A DNA stretch of 43,112 nt, taken from assembly GCA_032718475.1 (NCBI GenBank), contig JAUCBJ010006740.1, positions 1 to 43,112 of the forward strand. The letters run 5' to 3'. The notes under the pieces were generated by a model. That model saw only the letters and a list, made by a program, of their open reading frames with translations. It searched no databases and was not told the DNA's origin. Source of the DNA: Nemertoderma westbladi (taxonomy: Eukaryota > Animalia > Xenacoelomorpha). The first letter of the stretch is position 1, and the number at the start of each line of letters is the position of its first letter. Made by a program: the position numbers and the translations under genes. Shown piece after piece: positions 1 to 10,263 of this stretch.

Positions 1-2
1 CG

Positions 3-1184
3 GTTATCCAAAGACCTCGGATCCCCACAGGTTATTCTGTCGTGGAAATTCAGACGGTAGGTCCACTTGAGGAAACGGCCATGCCTACCTCAACTATACA
101 AGGGGAAGACGAACCCATATGTTTAGAATCTGAAGAGATTCAGCCCCCCACGTCTCGGAGTAGCGATAGCGACTACATATTGGAATGGTATCAAGGTCCA
201 CAGTGTCTCACTGCGTATGATTATCGCCATGCCAATTATGTTTCTCGACAACGCTGTCGGTTGTGCGCATCGAGAGACCATATTACGTCTATGGACACCA
301 ACGATCTCTGTTCCTATTTCCACGAGCAACCGTCGATGGAAATCTATTGTGCATATTGTCGGCTTAATAATTGGCATATTTTTGCTGTCTGTCCCCAATT
401 TATGACTCAATGCCATCATTGTCAATTAAAAGGACACGCCAGCTTTGATTGTCCCTTTAATCATGATTTAGAGAGCGTAGATGAAATGATTGTACTACGT
501 TATATCAGAGCTTGGGAAGCGAACGCTGATTTACATTGTGATTCACGCCATCGCTATTACCCTGGACGCGCTTACGAAGGAGTTTATGCGTTCCATCCTT
601 ATTTGTTTGCCTCCGTCGAGCAGAAATCACGCCTATCAAGTTATGAACTATTGAAGCGCGTTGGAGAATGTATTTCAACTAAATATGTACGCAAATTTCT
701 CAGGAGCATTAATCCGAGTGACATCAATTCTTACAACTTAATAAACTTTATCCGTCAAGATCCGGCCTATGGAGACTTGTTTGTCAACTCACACCCCGAG
801 TTACAGGAAGTGTATCGACGGCCTTACGAGTATCGAGCCCGCGAACGCGAGTTGGAAAGAACCATTAAACCAAGGAAGTTTCTAACTGCCTATGGTCCAC
901 CCACGGCCCTCGTTCAGACCACTCGTAAAGGACCCGTAAGAGCGGCTGTCTTGAAACGAGCTCTCAAAGCCGTTAGACCCCTCTCCCCGGACGTTGATGT
1001 CAATCAACCCGGTACGTCGACCGGCGGATATACCGATCGTAATCCCATACCTTCTGATGCAATCATATTGCACCCTTCACCCAGGAGTTATAGCCCTCCT
1101 TGTAAAGTGGCTCGCCCCAAAGAGAAAAGGACTCTTGCTAGCCTTAAAAAACTGCGTAAACGCCGTCTGCGCAAGAAAGACTAA
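3..1184 (+). CDS. Accessory 3' ORF of the LTR element: Cys/His zinc-knuckle-like protein with basic C-terminus; open from the window edge (>393 aa)
   Basis: No stop from position 3 to 1184. Motifs CRLCASRDH..C, CAYCRLNNWHIFAVC and CHHCQLKGHASFDC; ends KKLRKRRLRKKD; stop lies ~70 bp before the PPT. Confidence 0.7.
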   Translation, partial: VIQRPRIPTGYSVVEIQTVGPLEETAMPTSTIQGEDEPICLESEEIQPPTSRSSDSDYILEWYQGPQCLTAYDYRHANYVSRQRCRLCASRDHITSMDTNDLCSYFHEQPSMEIYCAYCRLNNWHIFAVCPQFMTQCHHCQLKGHASFDCPFNHDLESVDEMIVLRYIRAWEANADLHCDSRHRYYPGRAYEGVYAFHPYLFASVEQKSRLSSYELLKRVGECISTKYVRKFLRSINPSDINSYNLINFIRQDPAYGDLFVNSHPELQEVYRRPYEYRARERELERTIKPRKFLTAYGPPTALVQTTRKGPVRAAVLKRALKAVRPLSPDVDVNQPGTSTGGYTDRNPIPSDAIILHPSPRSYSPPCKVARPKEKRTLASLKKLRKRRLRKKD

Positions 1185-1262
1185 CTGTTTAGAGTATTTT
1201 TATATTTTAGAAACTGTGATTTTGTATATTTTATAGACTTAAATCCCATTTTCTGGGAGCGG

Positions 1263-2474
1263 TGTAAAAGCTTTTGTGGGATAACTGATTCGTTTGCCTT
1301 GCTGGCCAGTTCCCCCCCGGTCGCTAGAATACTCTAAAAGGGATCTATAAGTAAAATAGTGCAAGCTACCAGCTTATTGGCTGATGGGCTGTACGAAGGT
1401 ATCTGGGTTCTGTTCGATCAGCCAACCAGCTTAGGGAGGTTGCTTCAGCCCTGCTGTCCGTATCGGCCAATAGAATTTGAGTGGGCGTTGATTTTGACCT
1501 ATCCCAGAGCTACTGAACTGAATTTCCTATCTGTATGCTCATCCTCTGTGTTGGACGGGAACTTCGGGGAATAAGGGTAGTTGGTATCCTCGTATAGTCA
1601 GGTAGTCATATGATTATTCATATGATTCTGTTGTTGTGTTCCCATTTTTCGCCATAACACCGGCTTTTGGGAAGAACTCTAGTAAAACTGCTTAAATTAT
1701 CGAAAGTATAACTGTTACCGGCGGTGTTACTCACTTACTTACCTTACCTAACTCACTTAATTTAACTGCACTAATCATATTGTTTGTACTGTTATTTACC
1801 GTCAGTTATTAATTGTATATATTCGTTGATGAATTATTGCCCTTTGGAGAATACGGATAAATCACCCAAAATTCCCAATTTTCTTGATACACTACAGGTT
1901 AGAGAGACAGGCTATACATAACAATTGCGATTTATATTAATGTGGTGTGTATTGAATCTAATGTTATTTAGCAGACCCTACAGGAGTCAATTGCTGCTCT
2001 CTTTATGTGTGATCAAGTTTACTGACGGTCGGCAGAGTAGTGTGCATGATTGTGAGTGTGACTGGTAACAAAGCATTTCCTAAAGAATGCGCCTTATACT
2101 TTAATCATAAGCAGTATCGTTGCGTTTAGTATAAGTCCTAGTTCTGTTTAAATAGATAGAGCGCCACGTCCTAAAGGAACTGTTAATATTTCCCGAAAGC
2201 CAATAATATCTGTCAGAAATTAATTATTAACGATCTATCGAATAATACAGTAGGTTTACACTGCAACCTTACACTGCAATAATAAAATTTAAGCATCCGA
2301 ATTCAGCCTCCCGGGTGTAGATCCATCGGGTGAATGATCGCGCATGGGCTGACTTCGGCTAATGTTTTGTTTATTAGCATAAAATATTGTCGTATGCTAA
2401 AGGTGTTTTAATTAACTAAAAGACATATAAATTTTGGCAGGTTAAACTGCTAAAGGTCTACAAAAGCGCGAACA
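1263..2474 (+). repeat. 3' LTR (1212 bp, TG...CA)
   Basis: TGTAAAAGC...GCGCGAACA termini. Blocks such as TTCCTAAAGAATGCGCC, GCGCCACGTCCTAAAGGAACTGTTAATATT and GGGTGAATGATCGCGCA are shared with the LTRs at 11141-12364 and 21572-22794 (reverse complement). AATAAA at 2281. Confidence 0.85.
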
Positions 2475-2859
2475 ATTATCCTTTTTGCGGCCTCTTCCTT
2501 TCTCATAAATTATAAAGGAAAAAAATATATTATGCTGATATGTTGGGTAATTGGTATTTGCATTTAATTTAAAACTAAATGTTTATGTTTTTCAATGAAA
2601 AAATTAATTTTTTCTAAAATTGCTTGTTGCTTAAATTGAAAATCTATTTATATTATATTATATTAACTTAACTTTTTCTTTAAATTTTTCCCATTAAAAA
2701 ATCAAATGCCAAATGCGTCATTATTACACGATACTTTTAGGCAATAAATACTCAAACCATTTGAAATATGTCATAAATATTAAATGTTGCATTGTTGGAC
2801 TAACTTTTCCACACGTACTTCAGAAAACATAACTTTTATTTCAGAAATAATACAATTAT

Positions 2860-3491
2860 GTTGCCCTTCTTGGGAACTGGCACCAACTTATTTGTTTTCA
2901 TTTCTTGTGGGACTCTTGTTGTTCTGTACATGTCTACTATGATGGGATAGATGAGCTTTAAACACTCAGGTATTTTAAAGACCTCAGGGGGAACACCATC
3001 TACTCCACTGGCACGATTGGTCTTAATGCTCTTTGCAGCAGCCTTCACTTCTGCAAAGGAGATATCGCCAATGGGAATATCTGGGAGTACAGACTCAGAC
3101 ACTTTTACTTCTATAAAGTTATCAGGCAATACCCTGTCATTATTGAGGAGCTTTTCAAAGTGGGCCTTCTAACCTTTGAGGCGATCGGCTGGTGATTCAG
3201 CCTTAACCTTGGTGGTTGGTTGGCTTTTCCGCCTTGTAAGCAAGTTGATCGATTTCCATGCCTGGGATGATTGCCTGCTGTCGTCAGCATCATTGATGGC
3301 ATCAACCTGTTGGTTTATTAGCTCCTGTATTTTAACAGAGTACTGCCTGTTCGGGGACCTAGATGCAGTCTTAACTGCATTCTTGGCCGCTGTAGTCTGT
3401 TTGAGTCGGGACTCTTTCTGCGCCTTATGAAGGTCATTTCGGCACTTCTGAATTTTGTTGTCAGTCCAGGGGGCCCTTTTCCTGTTTCGAG
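2860..3491 (-). mobile_element. Internal fragment of an RTE-clade LINE, same family as 30170-33830
   Basis: Reverse complement matches ~31935-32555 nearly base for base and encodes the linker and RT N-terminus (KTNRASGVDGVPPEVFK...LVPVPKKGN). Confidence 0.92.
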
Positions 3492-4159
3492 TTCTCTGCT
3501 AGAAATTTAGTATATCCTGATTTCGGTATACCAGGTGAATTATTTCATACTTAAGGTCTTTTTGAAAGAAATATCCAATACACTTCTCTGAATTATTTGT
3601 AGTAGCAAAGGATAGATAGGCAGTCAACGTTATCAAGTATTGTCACATTTTTAACTTTCTCTCTTTATTTTTTCTTTGGACTTTACAATGAACAAATAAT
3701 ATATATATATATATGACTATACTGCAGCCGCCAAGATATAACTTATATCATAGATCAATAGCATACATTATATTTTATACAATAATATTAATACACAATG
3801 TTGGTTATTGTTACACCTTACACCTTTTAATTAGGCTACTTGGTTATTGTATTTCCTGGAAATTTCGCTCTTCAATTTCCACTGGTACATAAAGGATAGT
3901 TATTATAACTTATTCCGTCTAGTACAACCAAATAAACAGCAAGTGAAAGTGAAACTATTACACAACCAAATACAATAATGTTTGTCAAAGTTTAGGCCTA
4001 CATGTTCCTACTATCTTGTTTGTTAAAACTATCAACTAGGAAGTGCAAGTACATCTTCTAACCAATCTCTATTTATTATAATAGTATTAAATAATATGAA
4101 AATTATTATCATTTAATTATTAATAAATATAAATAAATGTTATTAGATGATACTCAACC

Positions 4160-5545
4160 ATGTCAATTGAAAATGAAATTGAACCTGAAATTGTCAGCAT
4201 TCTCCATCAGAAGGAGACGACAAAAACATTTTCGATTAGATCATTTAGACAGACGGTGAAGAGAAATGGTCGTGGGTTATTGGTGCTTTTGGGTGGGTTT
4301 CTAATACAATTTACCAACGGTATTAATTACACTTTCGGTAATTTAGTTCCATATGTTGTGTCTTACATACGAGTTAGATCTTCTCCATCAACTCTCACTG
4401 ACCAGACTATGTCCTGGGTCTTTGGAATGTCGTACGTAGCCTTTGCCATCGCGGCCCCCATTGGGGGACTCATTGCAGAACGCTGGGGTTCCCGTTCTTC
4501 AACTCTCTTGGGTTCTCTGCTTTTAAGCGGGGGTATTGCTCTTTGCTCTCTGGCTATCAACCAAGGATTTGTACTCTTCCTTCTAACTTACGGTGTTCTC
4601 ATGGCCTTCGGTACTGGACTTATTTATGTTTCCCCACTTACAACGGCGCAAATGTGGTTCCCCAATAATAAAGCCCTTGTTAATGGTGTAGTTCTAAGTG
4701 GGTTTGGAATTGGTTCACTTGTGTTCGATGAGGTTCAAACGTTGTACATAAACCCGGACAATGTCTCTCCAAATTATGAAGATCCCTTGAATCCCGGTAT
4801 GATGTATTTTACGCAGAAAGAAGTTCTCGACAATGTTCCAAAGTGTTATATAGTTTTAGCTATTAGCTCCTTCGTCTTGCAGGTCGTCGGAGTTATCTTA
4901 ATAAAAGACAAGGAGGCGACTACAAATGAACTCAACGTTTTGATCATAAATTCTGAAGATATTGCACCCAAAGAGATGCTGAAAACAAAGCTATTTTGGC
5001 AATTATACCTGATTTACGGGGTCGAATTTGTGGTGTTCTCATTTATAGCTAGTCTCTACAAAGCCTATGGTGAAACATTTATAGAAGATGATTATTTCTT
5101 AGCTGGAGTCGGATCTGCTACTTGCGTTGCTAATGCCATAGGTCGTGTTATTTTCGGTTATGTATCCGACCGATTTGGTATGAAACCAACAATGGCTTTT
5201 CTCTTTGCCGTACTTACTGTTGTATGCCTGACAATGCCAATAGGACCTTTTGGCGGTCAATGGGTCTACCTAATGTGGTTGTTTATCGCTTTCCTAGTTA
5301 TGGCTGGAACAACCTCCGTTTTTCCCGCTATGATCACCTACTCTTTCGGAGGCATTCATGCTGCTTCAAATTACGGTATATTTTGCACCGCAATCATATT
5401 TTCTGGAGCTCTTGGGCCACTACTGGCCACACAACTAGAGCTAGGACTCGGATGGGCTTACACATATATTACCAGCGGTGTTCTTTTGGGTTTGTGTTTC
5501 CTGTTACTTTTAATAATGAGATTCAACGAGTTTAGGCCGAAATAA
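4160..5545 (+). CDS. Major facilitator superfamily transporter (oxalate:formate antiporter/monocarboxylate-carrier-like), ~12 TM, intronless CDS
   Basis: 461-aa ORF with ~12 hydrophobic segments; MFS motif A twice (GGLIAERWGSR, GYVSDRFGMK); WFPNNKALVNGVVLSGFGIG and FGGIHAASNYG resemble the OFA/MCT family. Confidence 0.9.
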   Translation: MSIENEIEPEIVSILHQKETTKTFSIRSFRQTVKRNGRGLLVLLGGFLIQFTNGINYTFGNLVPYVVSYIRVRSSPSTLTDQTMSWVFGMSYVAFAIAAPIGGLIAERWGSRSSTLLGSLLLSGGIALCSLAINQGFVLFLLTYGVLMAFGTGLIYVSPLTTAQMWFPNNKALVNGVVLSGFGIGSLVFDEVQTLYINPDNVSPNYEDPLNPGMMYFTQKEVLDNVPKCYIVLAISSFVLQVVGVILIKDKEATTNELNVLIINSEDIAPKEMLKTKLFWQLYLIYGVEFVVFSFIASLYKAYGETFIEDDYFLAGVGSATCVANAIGRVIFGYVSDRFGMKPTMAFLFAVLTVVCLTMPIGPFGGQWVYLMWLFIAFLVMAGTTSVFPAMITYSFGGIHAASNYGIFCTAIIFSGALGPLLATQLELGLGWAYTYITSGVLLGLCFLLLLIMRFNEFRPK

Positions 5546-6028
5546 TGTGAATTCTCTTTTGGTGGCCGTGACTCGGGAAACTTGTCTCATTTTGACTAGA
5601 ATTTAGCTGTGAATTTGAATCTGCAAATAGTTTATTGATATCCATTCCCTTTCTCGATGTGACCAACTGAGGTTATATAAAATTGAGCTTTTTGACTGGA
5701 AGTGTAATTTATTTCTTTTGATTCCACAAATCGTGGCAAATAATTTCACATTACAGAAATTTCGTATATATATATATATGAAAATTAGTATTTTCATGTT
5801 TCCAAACAAAACATGGCATCCCGAAATATATCCTGTCACCAAGATGTTTGTGACAAGTTCTAGATCACCAGAAGTGACAGGTTTTAGTGAACTAAAAACC
5901 TATATGCTTGCAAAAAATCTTGCTGAAATTTTGTGCTGCAGACATTTTTCAGTACCGCTTACCTATCCTCCTAATCAAAGAGTATTTATGGTTAGTGCGA
6001 TTGGAAAAACATTGTAATCTATATATAG

Positions 6029-8708
6029 AGCTTTTCAGTGATAAATACTCCCACTCCTTCTGATCACAGCCCTATTACGCTGGATTATTCGTTTTATGAC
6101 AACAGTATATTCGCCGCTAAATCGTGTTCAATTGACATAAACACCACTATGGGGATTTCTAACAGCAGAACGAAACGATTCGTTTCAAGTGAAATAAACT
6201 GGGGTCTATATAAAACGTTAATGGAAGGAAAAATTTCAACCATCCCTTCTGTCACTCCCGACTCAATCGACTCAACAGTGAATTCTATCGAGTCACTCGT
6301 CACATCTTGTGCATCAATCTCGAAAGTACCGAGACAACATAGACAGACAGAGTTAGAACAAACAGAACATTTACCAATTGTTAATGATACCGCTCTACAC
6401 AATACTAATGTCTCCCAAATATGGTTATCGTTGATTGAGCAAAATGATTCTAAAGAACTGTGGAGAAAGCTCAATTGGAAGGGTAAACTGGACACCAAAA
6501 AATGTACAGCCGAAGATGCACCGTCAGCAGAAGTTATTGCTAATCACTTAGCAACGAAGTGTGATACTGGCAGGGACGATGATGACATTCGCCTGGCTAC
6601 GCAAGGTTACACAAATTTCATCCCAGAATTAGATGGACATATTGATGCTGAAGAAGTTCAGGAGGCTCTAAATAAACTAAAAAACAAATCAAGTGCCGAT
6701 GGATGGTGTCCACAGATGCTACAAAATGCGCCGTATACATTAATTCTTATCATTGTCATGCTATTTAATTGTATATTTGTTAACGCCTCATATCCAACTA
6801 GATGGATGACGTCACACATATGCGCCATATTCAAGAAAGGTGCATCCTACCTACCGAAGAACTACCGCCCAATTACGCTGATATATCTGTTATCTAAACT
6901 CTATGACTTCATTATATGTAAGCGTCTTACGAAATGGTTCCAACCAGCCGAGGAACAAACTGCGTATCAAACAAAACGTAGCTGTGCAGATAACGTTTTT
7001 ATAGTGAGAATTCTAATTGAAATTGCAAAGAAACGCTCATCCAAATTATACATTATATTCCTTGATTATGAAGGTGCCTTTGACCGAATTTCCCGATCAA
7101 TATTAATAAAAAAACTAATGGTTATTGGTATTGGGTCTGTCATGTTGGCCGCGATCGCAGCAATGTACCACCTATCTAAAGGAGTAGTGTTTTTCAATAA
7201 TGACTTCTCCAGCGAGTTCCAATTGAAATCTGGCATAAAACAAGGTGCGGCCAGTTCTGTAATATTATTCCTAGTGTACGTTAATGACTTGATTAAGTAC
7301 ATCAAAGAAGTTATTGGGACTGATGGATTCTTAGAGTTGATACACACCCTGGCACACGCTGACGATACGATTATCCTAGCTACGAGTCGTGATATGGCCA
7401 CAAAGAAACTGCAGGCAGTATGCACTTACTGCACTCGAAATGCAATAACTATGCAACCGTCTAAATGCGAATTTATATGCATAAATTCTAGAACAGATGA
7501 AGACACCCATCCACTGCCATTGCTCGATGGCGTCATTAAATGCACCGATAAGTACAGATATCTTGGCACCATTATAACAAACACCGGTAGTGTGACCAAT
7601 GATATTGAAGTGCAGCGACGTGACAGTTTTAAGAATTACATCAAATTCACGAACTTTCTACGTGAGAATTTCCTTCTACCGTTCCGAATAAAGGAACGAG
7701 TTTTAGAATCCTGTGTCATTAGCAGTGTTCTGTATAACTGTGAAGTATTTGGAGACGCAAAAATGGGTAAATTTCAAAGTGATTACGAGTATGCTCTGAA
7801 ATCTCTTGTGGGAGTGAGGACGACTACACCGTCCAAGCTTATTTATTGCGAATTAAGTACGATGGCTGATATCAACACAACCATTCAAAAGAGACAAAAA
7901 GCTTTCTGGCTCCGTGTTCGGAATAGTGAAAACCAACCGATACTAAATAAATTAATAAATGACGCTATAGACATGAAAATTCCGTATGTTTGTCACTATA
8001 AATCTCTAGAAAATAAAGAAATTACTACAAACAACTTTTTAGACGGTGTGCGTATATATGTTCAAACGCAAGCAAATAACTCTCAGCCAAATAAGGGGAC
8101 TAAGTTCAGAACATATCTAAAGTTCAATCCGACATTAACAAGAAGCTCTCTTTTAAATGACAACGTATGGAGCACAGCGCACAAAAAGTGCCTCCAGTTT
8201 AGACTTGGCTCTCATTGTCTACAAGTTGAACTCGGGCGCTGGCGTTCGGTACCCAGACAGCTACGCTTCTGCAACCTATGCCCTACGGAGATAGATGATG
8301 AAGAGCACCATATGTTTCGATGCGCTGGCACAAATTATGGTCACAATATTACTGGAAGTTTTAATAATATCACATCTCTGTACAAGGACACAGAGGCTGT
8401 TTTGTCTTTTTGGCGGTTAATGTAATTAACATGTAAAAACTTCGCTATTTGATTGCAATTTCGTTGTAATGTTATTTATTTATAACACTAAATACTGTAC
8501 TCACGTATATTAACATTGTTCTACCCTAATTAATTTAATATATCTTAATGTTATCTTCTTACAGATGAATGTATGTTTACCTGTATACGTTTATAAGTAA
8601 ATGTGAACCTTTTTGGACTAAATGCCTGCGAACCGCTATTTATATTTTGTTTATTGTTATATATTATTCCATTTTAGTCAATAATATAATCTAATCTAAT
8701 CTAATCTA
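6029..8708 (+). mobile_element. 5'-truncated non-LTR retrotransposon (APE-RT LINE, clade uncertain) with (TAATC)n tail
   Basis: Begins at the APE C-terminal SDH motif; uninterrupted RT ORF; ~270-bp 3' UTR ending in TAATCTAATCTAATCTAATC; TAATCTA is also in the 5' flank (6015-6021). Confidence 0.88.
6038..8425 (+). CDS. LINE ORF2 remnant: end of endonuclease, reverse transcriptase and C-terminal Cys/His finger
   Basis: PSDHSPI; NYRPITL; FLDYEGAFD; GIKQGAASSVILF; LAHADD; KYRYLG; RLGSHCLQVELGRW..CNLC..DEEHHMFRC. Confidence 0.9.
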   Translation: MINTPTPSDHSPITLDYSFYDNSIFAAKSCSIDINTTMGISNSRTKRFVSSEINWGLYKTLMEGKISTIPSVTPDSIDSTVNSIESLVTSCASISKVPRQHRQTELEQTEHLPIVNDTALHNTNVSQIWLSLIEQNDSKELWRKLNWKGKLDTKKCTAEDAPSAEVIANHLATKCDTGRDDDDIRLATQGYTNFIPELDGHIDAEEVQEALNKLKNKSSADGWCPQMLQNAPYTLILIIVMLFNCIFVNASYPTRWMTSHICAIFKKGASYLPKNYRPITLIYLLSKLYDFIICKRLTKWFQPAEEQTAYQTKRSCADNVFIVRILIEIAKKRSSKLYIIFLDYEGAFDRISRSILIKKLMVIGIGSVMLAAIAAMYHLSKGVVFFNNDFSSEFQLKSGIKQGAASSVILFLVYVNDLIKYIKEVIGTDGFLELIHTLAHADDTIILATSRDMATKKLQAVCTYCTRNAITMQPSKCEFICINSRTDEDTHPLPLLDGVIKCTDKYRYLGTIITNTGSVTNDIEVQRRDSFKNYIKFTNFLRENFLLPFRIKERVLESCVISSVLYNCEVFGDAKMGKFQSDYEYALKSLVGVRTTTPSKLIYCELSTMADINTTIQKRQKAFWLRVRNSENQPILNKLINDAIDMKIPYVCHYKSLENKEITTNNFLDGVRIYVQTQANNSQPNKGTKFRTYLKFNPTLTRSSLLNDNVWSTAHKKCLQFRLGSHCLQVELGRWRSVPRQLRFCNLCPTEIDDEEHHMFRCAGTNYGHNITGSFNNITSLYKDTEAVLSFWRLM

Positions 8709-9519
8709 CCTATAAAAATCAAATTCTGTCTGTCTCTCTGTAACATGCCTGGGGTATTGCCTGCTAGTAGTATATAAAAAATCCGGAACGTTTAATACGA
8801 TTTTATATAAACTTTTACAATGTTTCCCAGATCAAATCACACTAACCATACATACTCTGCTTCAATCTAAGATATATGTATGTGATAGGTCAGATTTCAC
8901 TTTTAATAAAATCTAGTTAGTATGTTTATCTGTCTGTCGGTCTTTCTGACTATCCCACAATATGTCCGTCAAATACAAGAAAAGGGCACACCATCTAGCT
9001 AAACGTGTAGTTATATGGTTTAGTCAGGTTTATATAATGTTTTCATGGGGTATTAATTAAAATAAAGATTAATATAATATTGGAAAGTAATAATGAATGG
9101 GCGTATAAAATAAATCCCCCATATAAAGTAGGGTTGGGCGTGTAAGAAACTCCCATAGCCCAAGTGAATTCGAGTTTGAGTTTGAAATAAATGGAGGATG
9201 AAATGATATGGGGAATTGGATGTATCCGTATGATAATTTAAATATATTAAATAAATAATTACTTTCTTAGGAAACATTAAAGAAACAAATGCTAATTTAT
9301 GTTCAGTTTCATATGTTGATTTGTTTGATTTGCTTTATTTAATTGTGGAATGTTGATGAGTCAAAAGTGTCTGTAAAGTCAAGAACCGAATCCACAAGTG
9401 TTCTTACTTTGTATCTCGAGAGTCTAGAAGTTCTTCGCTGGACGCACTGCTATCCAGGGGTTCGAAGGTCTAATAAGTCGAGCCGTTCTAAATGCGGTCT
9501 CAACTACCGGTATAATCTT

Positions 9520-9935
9520 ATAGTGTTCGGTCAGAGAGTAGTCAGTACTAGTTGGATCGGCAGTGTCCAGTCCTCATTGAATACCGTGGTGCCTGTTGTA
9601 CCCCGCAAGGCAGTGCAATCTCGGCTACATTATTTTATTTTTAATTTACGTAAATGAATGGGAGAATCTTTTAGACTCGTTAAGCCAAGGAATGGAATGG
9701 CTGTTCACCGCCATGGGTGATCTTCCACAGTAATACCCATTTACGTAAATGACCAACCAGATGTCACAAACCTTTTTTGCACGTTATTTGCCGACGATAC
9801 CAGACTCTTTTCAATGACAAAAATATACCCCGCCTAATTATTAATTGTTAAAGTAAATAACGAGTTGGATTCCACTTCAAATTGGTTCTCAGATAATAAA
9901 CTCTCACTCAATCTCACAAAAACGATTTTATGTCG
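9520..9935 (+). pseudogene. Degenerate CR1/L2-group RT fragment interrupted by an ~81-bp insert
   Basis: Translates with frameshifts to VP(Q)GS...LIYVN / YVNDQPDV..TLFADDTRLF..VNNELDSTSNWFSDNKLSLNLTKT. ATTTACGTAAATGA is duplicated at 9644-9657 and 9739-9752. Confidence 0.7.
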
Positions 9936-10263
9936 CATAAGTTGAGAAGGGCCGTTGGTCTTTCATTCCTCACTCCCCTAGAACGTGTGGATGTGACAAT
10001 ATATCCTCCGTCCAGGGCGGAGAACATATGGCCATCAATTCCGCCAGTTTGCTGACCGTTTGTTTCGAGGTTAAAATGATGGCAAATTACCAAACAAATG
10101 TTGAGCTATGTAGAGAGTGCGTTATCAGCAACATTAAAAATTCCAGAATATTATGTTTATGACGTAAACATAAACATTTGATAACATTATGTTTATTACA
10201 TAATTCTAGAAAATCTTTTTTAGAATATGTTTATCACATCCTAGAAAAATGTTTTTAGAAGTT

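Larger units (their letters stand above)
1..2474 (+). mobile_element. 3' end of an LTR retrotransposon related to the BEL/Pao element at 11141-22794 (extra ORF, PPT and 3' LTR); truncated by window start
   Basis: 1057-1276 closely matches the reverse complement of 12351-12570. Purine-rich GGGAGCGG lies just before TGTAAAAGCTTTTG (1263). The LTR ends ...AAAGCGCGAACA (2474), the same terminus as the other element's LTRs. Confidence 0.85.

Noticed and set aside
8705-8770. Mini-Helitron (A|TC...CTAG|T with small hairpin)
   Set aside because: Only ~60 bp with a weak hairpin; could be chance.
9050-9280. Minus-strand 74-aa ORF or LINE 3' remnant
   Set aside because: Only a faint resemblance to LINE C-termini; too weak to call.
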